A stretch of 64,000 bases of DNA from Octopus vulgaris (Eukaryota). Location of the stretch: contig OX597835.1 in NCBI GenBank assembly GCA_951406725.2, forward strand, positions 33,108,001 through 33,172,000, written 5' to 3'. The position numbers and the translations under genes are program-made. Below, piece by piece: positions 55,873 to 64,000 of the stretch (its first letter is position 1; each line of letters begins with the position of its first letter). Below the pieces are notes generated by a model. It did not search any database and was not told where the DNA came from. It worked only from the letters and a program-made list of their open reading frames with translations.

Positions 55873-56248
55873 GTGGAGGCGCAATGGCCCAGTGGTTAGG
55901 GCATCGGACTCGCGGTCGTAGGATCGCGGTTTCGATTCCCAGACCGAGCGTTGTGAGTGTTTATTGAGCGAAAAACACCTAAAGCTCCACGAGGCTCCGG
56001 CAGGGATAGTGGTGATCCCTGCTGTACTCTTTCACCACAACTTTCTCTCACTCTTCCTGTTTCTGTTGTACCTGTATTTCAAAGGGCCGGCCTTTTCACT
56101 CTCTGTGTCACGCTGAATATCCCCGAGAACTACGTTAAGGGAACGCGTGTCTGTGGAGTGCTCAGCCACTTACACGTTAATTTCACGAGCAGGCTGTTCA
56201 GTTGATCGGATCAACCGGAACCCTCGTCGTCGTAACCGACGGAGTGCC
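55873..56248 (+). mobile_element. SINE family C, full length
   Basis: GTGGAGGCGCAATGGCCCAGTGGTTAGGG...GGTTTCGATTCCC A/B boxes. Confidence 0.85.
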
Positions 56249-57474
56249 TCCTCCTCTCCTATTATTTTTTTTGTATTTGTGTAACATTGTCCATTTTTTT
56301 CCGGATAGGGGACACGTCGATTAAATCAACCCGACTGGTACTTATTTTATGGATCCCGAAACGATGAAAAGTCAGTTCAACCTCAGCTGAATTGGAACTC
56401 AGAACATAAAAACGGACGAAATACAGGTAAGAAATTACATCCGGCGTGCTAGCAGTTCTGACAATTCGTCTGCCAACTTAAATTCTATTAGTATATTAAA
56501 AAACAATAAGAAGACAATGCGTATCAAAGTATGTCATTCCTCTCAACGAAAGGAACCCAGATCAAGAAATCAATAAGCAATTTCCTTCTACCGAATCCAG
56601 CATCTTATTCTATAGGTCGTGTTTAATTTTGACATTAAACTAAAGAATGGAATCACGATATACATCACTCTCTCACACTGCTAAAGACATCAACAGATGT
56701 GTTAAGTGTGTAATGTTCTGCATATACATTGCATGACGGGCAAATATCTGCGTGATAAACCAATTTTTCTGTTATTATGGCTTAACACGTGTCGTAAAAA
56801 ATAAAATGACATATTTATCACTGTAAGATAAGAAAGGAAGATTGCATTTCTTCCCAAGAATCTTTATACAAACATTTCCTCTGCAGTTATTAATATGGCA
56901 ATCTTGACTAAATTTTCAGTTGATTTTCGATTATCTAATGTGTTTCCGCCAGCTTTCATTCTTTGTTGGAAAATGTCCAGGAATCATATCAAAATATATC
57001 AAATAGATGGTATGGAAATAATGAAATATAAACAGTGTGGACGGAATAGAATGAAAACAATATTTTTTCTATTTTCATATATTTATGTTTTGAAATTTAG
57101 GTCGAAAACTCTGGATGTTTCAGAATTGGGAAATCATTAAAAAATGATACCTTACAATATTCAGGTATGGTATTTTTATAATTTTACTTATTTTTTAGTC
57201 ATTGTACAGCTGCCCTGCTAGTGTGTATTCTTGGAAGGTTTTAGTCGAAGAAATAGTTACCAGTAATTAATACGTTTTGAAATCTCTTACTTACACTATC
57301 GGTTTCTTTTATCAAACCACTAAGTTACAGGGTTGAAAACAACCTCAAACACACACACACACACACATACATATATATGTATAATACGATACGTACACAA
57401 AGACATATAGATACATGTTTATATATATGTAAGTTTATGTATGTATCTATCTATCCATCTATCTATCTATCTAC

Positions 57475-57720
<246 letters not shown>

Positions 57721-57754
57721 GGGAGATACATACATACATACATACATACATACA

Positions 57755-57834
<80 letters not shown>

Positions 57835-58720
57835 ACTTAATTATAATAAAGAGTAAAAATCATTAATGATTTTTACCAGGTGGTCACCGCAGAAATAAAG
57901 ACGTCTTACGTAAATTTTACAAATATTATATAATTATATGCATAATTATATCAAGGGGTTGGCCATGTACCTCAGAACGCACTAAAAGATAGACGCCAAA
58001 ATACACTATTGCCACCATAAATACTCCGAGAATATCGCACCACATAAGAAGAAAATGAATTAAAACTTTCGGTTAACCACGTACAAGATCCTGTTTCGAG
58101 CTTAAAGATAGATAAACACTGTACAGTAATCACGCCTGGACTATGGACTATGATCGTAAGAAACGTGTGATCGTAAGTTGGTATCATAAGGCTGTAGCCA
58201 ACATAATCGAACTGGCGCTTTTATATGCATACTTAAAAACGTTTCCCGATTATCATTGTAGATAAACTATTGATTATAGATTAAATATTTTATTCTTTCT
58301 GTTTTATCTTTAAGTACTTAAAACTAAATGGACATGGACAGACATAGCGCCTTTTGAACTTGTCTCCACCTGGAAAACATAGGTATACATATGTGTATGT
58401 CTGTGCGTGTGTAAAATTATGTTTATGTATCTCTCTCTCTCTCTCTGTATATATATATATATGTGTATATATATATATGTGTGTGTAACATACAGTTACA
58501 CACACATCCACACATCATAAATCCGAAAGAGAAGCACACTACAAGCTATAGAGCAATAGATTATTTAGATAAAAATAATTATATCCGGTCAATGGGGTTG
58601 AACGCGAAACCCCTGATTAGCCTCATAGATCTGCCGTAACTTACCTAAAAGTACATGTGTGTATGTGTGTATGTATGTATGTATATATGTGTGTGTGTGT
58701 GTGTGCGTGTGTGTGTGTGT

Positions 58721-59025
58721 GTGGAGGCGCAATGGCCCAGTGGTTAGGGCAGCGGACTCGTGGTTGTAGGATCGCGGTTTCGATTCCCAGACCGGGCGTT
58801 GTGAGTGTTTATTGAGTGAAAACACCTAAAGCTCCACGATGCTCCGGCAAGGGGTGGTGGGGATCCCTGCTGTACTCTTTCACCACAACTTACTCTCACT
58901 CTTCTGTTGGCCTGCTCGCCTAGCCAGCGGGGTGGCGTCATTTGAAGGCTAACACAATGCGAAGCGCATTGTGACCAGCGATGTGTAGCAACATCTGATA
59001 GCCTGGTTGATCACGGTGATCACGT

Positions 59026-59028
<3 letters not shown>
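58721..59028 (+). mobile_element. SINE family C with an alternative 3' end
   Basis: Head almost identical to 55873; its 3' end matches the fragment at about 17005-17105. Confidence 0.85.
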
Positions 59029-59099
<71 letters not shown>

Positions 59100-59547
59100 T
59101 GACGAGTTTCCATACATTTTCATTAACGATACACACATGTCTACGCATTTTCGTGTGATACACCTGGACACACTGTAGAACACATCCAACTAAAACTGAA
59201 AGTTAGAAACTCGGAGAAAGATGAAGGTCGATGAATCAAGTAGAGCGCGGTTTGAACTCAGCATCGGACGACAGTAAAACCTCTGGAGAAAATTTAATTG
59301 CTGATAAGATAATCAGCGGTTTATGACTTCTAAAAATAGACCGATAGACTAAGTTCAAGGTTTACAGAAAAAGAATATGTAGTGGTATTGTTTCGTTCGA
59401 CTCAATTTTTTCAAGACTGTGCCCCAGCATGGCCGCAGTCAAATGACAAAAACAGGATAAAAGAAAGATGAAAGAATCGCATTAGCCAAATCTTGAAGTT
59501 ACAAAACAATTCACGATTAAATCAGAACAATATGGTAAAATAGACAT

Positions 59548-59845
59548 AATAGTGGTTAGAGTGTCGGGCTCACAATTGTGGGGTATTGGATTCTATTCCG
59601 GACCGGGCTGCTTGTTGTTTCCTTGAGCAAGACACTTTATTTCGCGTTTCCCCAGTTCACTCATCTGTAGAAATGAGCTGTGACGTCACTAGTGCCAAGC
59701 TGTATCGACCTTTGCCTTTCTCTTGGACAATATCAGTATAATATCAGGCTGGTATGTATTAGCGACTGCTGATTTTCCATAAACAAACATGCCCGGACTT
59801 GTGCCTGAGAGGGGAAATTTGTAGATGCAAACCCATTGCATTCAT
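59548..59845 (+). mobile_element. Diverged SINE-C-like copy
   Basis: TAGTGGTTAGAGTGTCGGGCTC...CCTTGAGCAAGACACTTTATTTC. Confidence 0.65.
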
Positions 59846-60609
59846 CGGTCACGTGGGAAGAGAAGAGAGAGAAGCAGAGGGACAGAAGAATTAAGGAGGG
59901 ACGAGAAGATATGACAGGGACACAGTGAAGTGAAAAGTGGAGGGAAAGTGAGCAAGAAGAGAAGGCAAAGAAATGTGAGGGAGGGGAACCGAAAGAACGA
60001 AGAGTGGGATCAAAGAATAAGCGTGAAAGGGCTGATAAAAGAGGCCTTTCAAATCTAAAGGGTTAACATGATTGCGAATTAGTTTTGTTAGATTTACTTT
60101 TGTTTTCTTACGATTTGCTATATTTCTTTCGAAAATTATCTACCGAATTTTCCCCCCATAATTTACACATATCGATATTCTACTCTATAATTTAGATATA
60201 TATGTTTAGGGGACATCTGTTTCTCTTAAGTTTGTGACAGAGTCACATATGGATAATTATTGTACCATCTTTCCGTATACAAATATACGATATTTTGTTT
60301 TCATTATAACTTCATGTTGAAATCTTCGTATATTGCCACGTACACATATGTATCTGGTGTATTCATATATGTATGAATATTTAATATATATTTATATGCA
60401 TATAGCATATACAACCGTGTGCGTACGTACCTATAAAACATGCACTCATATCTAAACTGTACACATATTTACATAAGTATGTAAGTTATATATATATCAT
60501 GATGAATATACATTTATTTATACAGTGTAGGCGTTATGAGCTGTAGGTTAATTACATCAAATATACATTTTACACACACACACACACTCAAACATTTATG
60601 TATTTCTGC

Positions 60610-60641
<32 letters not shown>

Positions 60642-60650
60642 ATGTATGTA

Positions 60651-60718
<68 letters not shown>

Positions 60719-60742
60719 GATATATGTATGTATGTATGTATT

Positions 60743-60837
<95 letters not shown>

Positions 60838-61392
60838 AGCAGTGACACGCTGTATAATTTAATTGGACACTTTAGAAACGAAATCTGTCAAGGCAAAATC
60901 TATTGATTTATAAATAGACCTCGTGTTAAATGTCAGCTCGTCCATCATATTAAACGTGGTTGTAACGATCATCCCTACATTATCACTTCAATTTTACCCC
61001 CTATGCGCTAACAACCATCACGCATATGACTCAGCATGTGCTCCATTCTGGGCTCCGCATCCTATGTTAACCACTAAGTATGCTCATTAGGAACTTCGAG
61101 ATAAGCCAAGTTACTGCCACTGTCCTAGATATTCTCTTGGAAAAATCTATAGTATATAGTTATGTTTCTTAACCATTTTTTCCCTATGGACCGTTTTGAT
61201 TTCCATTTTACCTGCATTAATACTTCTCTCTCCCGTTTTTCTCTCAACGACTTTTTCTCTAGTTCCTTGCCTCTTCATTTCACTAACCACGTGATGTATT
61301 AGGCCTCAGAGCAGTGGTCTCCAACAGTGGTTCCCAGTCCTTTTATTCAAATGAGTTTTCCCACGGACCCATTTTAATGTGCCCATCTTTGC

Positions 61393-61454
<62 letters not shown>

Positions 61455-61497
61455 AAACAAGTCAAAATAGAAAATGCTAAAATAATTTTATAAAGAA

Positions 61498-61545
61498 CAT
61501 TTCAATACCGGTTTCGTTCATTTTGAGACCTTTTCAACTGTAACG
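61498..61545 (-). ncRNA. Minimal hammerhead, U3-A8 variant
   Basis: Minus strand: cgttacag TTGAAAA G GT-c-TCA-aaa-TGA-AC GAAAC CG GTA ttgaaatg. Confidence 0.55.
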
Positions 61546-61690
61546 ATTAAATAATTAAATTTGGAAAAATTAAAAGAAAAGTTTTTTTAAAGGAATATTT
61601 GTATAGTGTTCAAATATAAGTGGCATTCTGCCTTTCTCTGTCTCCCTTGTTTGCACTTGTGTGTTCGAGGCCGTTATATATATATATAAC

Positions 61691-61888
61691 GGGAAGCTTT
61701 ACGAAAATAAACAAAAGACGAAGGCAGGTGGAGTACAAACAAACAATTGTATTAGTATGGCGCTCAGGAATATAAAAAGTATTTTACGATTCAAGCCTAC
61801 GCTCTTCAACAGAAAGATACACAGAAAAGAAACACGGAGAGAAACAAGGAGAGAAAAAAATGCGTGCAGGAGCTAATGATTCAACATG
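61691..61888 (-). mobile_element. Family E mini-element copy 3 (HHR motif mutated to GAATC)
   Basis: Highly similar to the 23485 and 33551 copies. Confidence 0.7.
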
Positions 61889-62293
61889 ATGTTAATAAAT
61901 CATAGGGTAGCAAGAACATTTATAAAAATTATTTGCTACCAATGGTCTAGTGAGAAGAAAAAACTAGTCAATAGACAATATATTATTCACATAAAAATAC
62001 AGTGTACATTTAAACATATAACTTTCTGTGAACATGTTTCTCGTTCTGTATTAGAATTAATTTAGAGAGTGTTTATGTCAATTTCGTTCGATTAACAAAT
62101 AGTAATAAGTCTCTCTCCTCTTCTTAATCTCTCTTTGTAATATACCAGTCTATCTATCTATCTATCTATCTATCTATGATAGATAGATAGAATAAGTTCT
62201 GGGGTCGATTTGCTTGACTAAAGGTGGTGTTCCAGCATGGCCGCAGCCAAATCACTGAAACAAAATTTAAAAATATATCTATATTTGTATATC

Positions 62294-62640
62294 TATTCTG
62301 TTGTGTCTGGGGAGAGTCATTTTCTTTTTGTGCCTTATTCACCGGTAAAATTTCTACTTTTTTCTTATTTTTATTTTTTCTATTTTTTTTTTTTTTAACT
62401 TTCGTTGCGTCTTGCAACCTTTTCAATAGTTTTGAAAAGGTTGCAAGACGCAACGAAAATTTAGAAAAAAAATTTTTAATTAAATAAAAATAAGAAAAAA
62501 GTGGAAATTTTACCGGTGAGTGTGTTATATTATAAGGCACAAAAAGAAAATGACTCTCCCCAGACACAACAGAATATGCTTCACCACACGAACTCACATA
62601 AAGAATCATTCAAACCAAATCCAAAAACGAAATGTATATC
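62294..62640. mobile_element. Fold-back (arms 62294-62426 / 62432-62576) with back-to-back HHR-like cores at its apex
   Basis: TTTCGTTGCGTCTTGCAACCTTTTCAA-tagtt-TTGAAAAGGTTGCAAGACGCAACGAAA. Confidence 0.75.
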
Positions 62641-63042
62641 TATTCTTTTCGATATATAACTATTTATTCATAGTGATAGATATATTTCTACTTCTACGTG
62701 TATTGTGTGTGTGAGCATTTGTGTATGTATGTTGTCTCTAACGCAAAAACAGTACTATTGCTCAAAGAGGCTGACCGTCCATTCAGCAGTGACAGCTCGT
62801 CCAAACTGTGCCGTTCAGCTGTCTCAATCTGCCAGTGGATGTAGCGAAAAGTTAGCCTCAGGTCAGACACTAAACCATACATTTGCATCAATATACATTC
62901 CGTTAAATTGAGCAAGCAAGAACAAAACAGCTGTTTTAAACAGAATAAATGATGAAGACCTACGTTATAATCAGTATTTACTCTTAATAAACAACTTTAA
63001 TGCTGTATAATAGGAAAGACAAAATCATATTTGTATTAAAAT

Positions 63043-63436
63043 ATTCTTTTCTACACTCGGCACAAGGACCGAAATTTTGAGGGAGGGGGCCAGCCGACTA
63101 GATCGATCCAGTATAAACTGGTACTTAATTTATCGACCCCGAAAGGATGAAAGGCAAAGTCGACCTCACGGAATTTGAACTCAGAATGCAAAGATAGACG
63201 AAATACCTATTTCTTTACTACCCACAAGGGGCTAAACACAGAGGAGACAAACAAGGACAGACAAACTGATTAAGTCGATTACATCGACCCAGTGCGTAAC
63301 TGGTACTTAATTTATCGACCCCGAAAGGATGAAAGGCAGAATCGACCTCGGCGGAATTTGAACTCACAACGTAACGCAGACGAAATACCGCAAAGCATTT
63401 CGCCCGGCGTGCTAACGATTCTGCCAGCTCGCCGCC
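63043..63436 (-). mobile_element. SINE family A with two internal units
   Basis: Reverse complement of the family A consensus. Confidence 0.87.
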
Positions 63437-63817
63437 TTATTTATATTAAAATATTAGCAAAGAACAGTGACAGTAAAAAATGGAAATATTAAAGTTGTTT
63501 AAACATTGTAAAGTGTACTAAATATAAATTTTAAATACACAGATGAGACTATATATGACGAAATGGTCGAACGTGTGTGTAATTATATATATTTGTCTGT
63601 GGGTGGTATATATATATATATAAATATATTTAAGTAGGTGAATGAATTATCCCAGTATTGATAATTCGGTTAACCGATACCTGGGTAGCAAATTCACGTC
63701 AGAAAACACGGTTGAAGCTACATGCCAAGGGTAGAAACTCCGTGTTCTTGTGTGGTAATTTGTGTAATATTTTAAATGAATAAAAGAATGGAGTCGAACG
63801 AGGATTTTAACATAATT

Positions 63818-63910
63818 CCTTTAATTTCAACACATGTTTCGAAGACTGCATATTCTTAATTCTGAAGGAATAAGGTGCATTATGCCGTCTTCTCATCAGG
63901 AAAGTCAAGG
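63818..63910 (-). ncRNA. Canonical type I hammerhead ribozyme (GUU)
   Basis: Minus strand: ccttgactttc CTGATGA GAAGAC...GTCTTC GAAAC ATGT GTT gaaattaaagg. Confidence 0.75.
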
Positions 63911-64000
63911 AAAATCAATCAGCCTCAAGACGGACAAAAAATTTTCTGTGTGTGTGTGTGTAAGTATGTATATATGCCAATGAGGAAAAGAATATGAGTC

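Overview
AT-rich, microsatellite-saturated eukaryotic non-coding DNA. The repeat content (tRNA-derived SINEs, (TA)n/(TTA)n/(TATG)n tracts) looks like an octopus/coleoid cephalopod genome; this is inferred from repeat resemblance and not verified. No intact host gene was recognised, and almost all listed ORFs are microsatellite translations. Recognisable coding remnants are all transposon-derived: a Penelope-like (Neptune-type) GIY-YIG C-terminus with an inverted pseudo-LTR (26951-28275), four Tc1/mariner fragments, an RTE-type endonuclease remnant and a LINE RT remnant. Main signal: many unique-looking islands inside (TA)n tracts carry a type I hammerhead-ribozyme (HHR) motif, about 20 complete or decayed motifs in 64 kb. 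Three have fully canonical cores, and several families have recurrent variant cores (UUGAAAA, CUGUNGA, CCGACGA). Several islands are long fold-backs, and two of these share a homologous N-terminal peptide downstream of the HHR. A second signal is a ~200-bp non-coding block duplicated in inverted orientation 29 kb apart (9463-9674 / 38508-38720) at ~96% identity within much more diverged paralogous flanks. All folds and alignments were done by eye.
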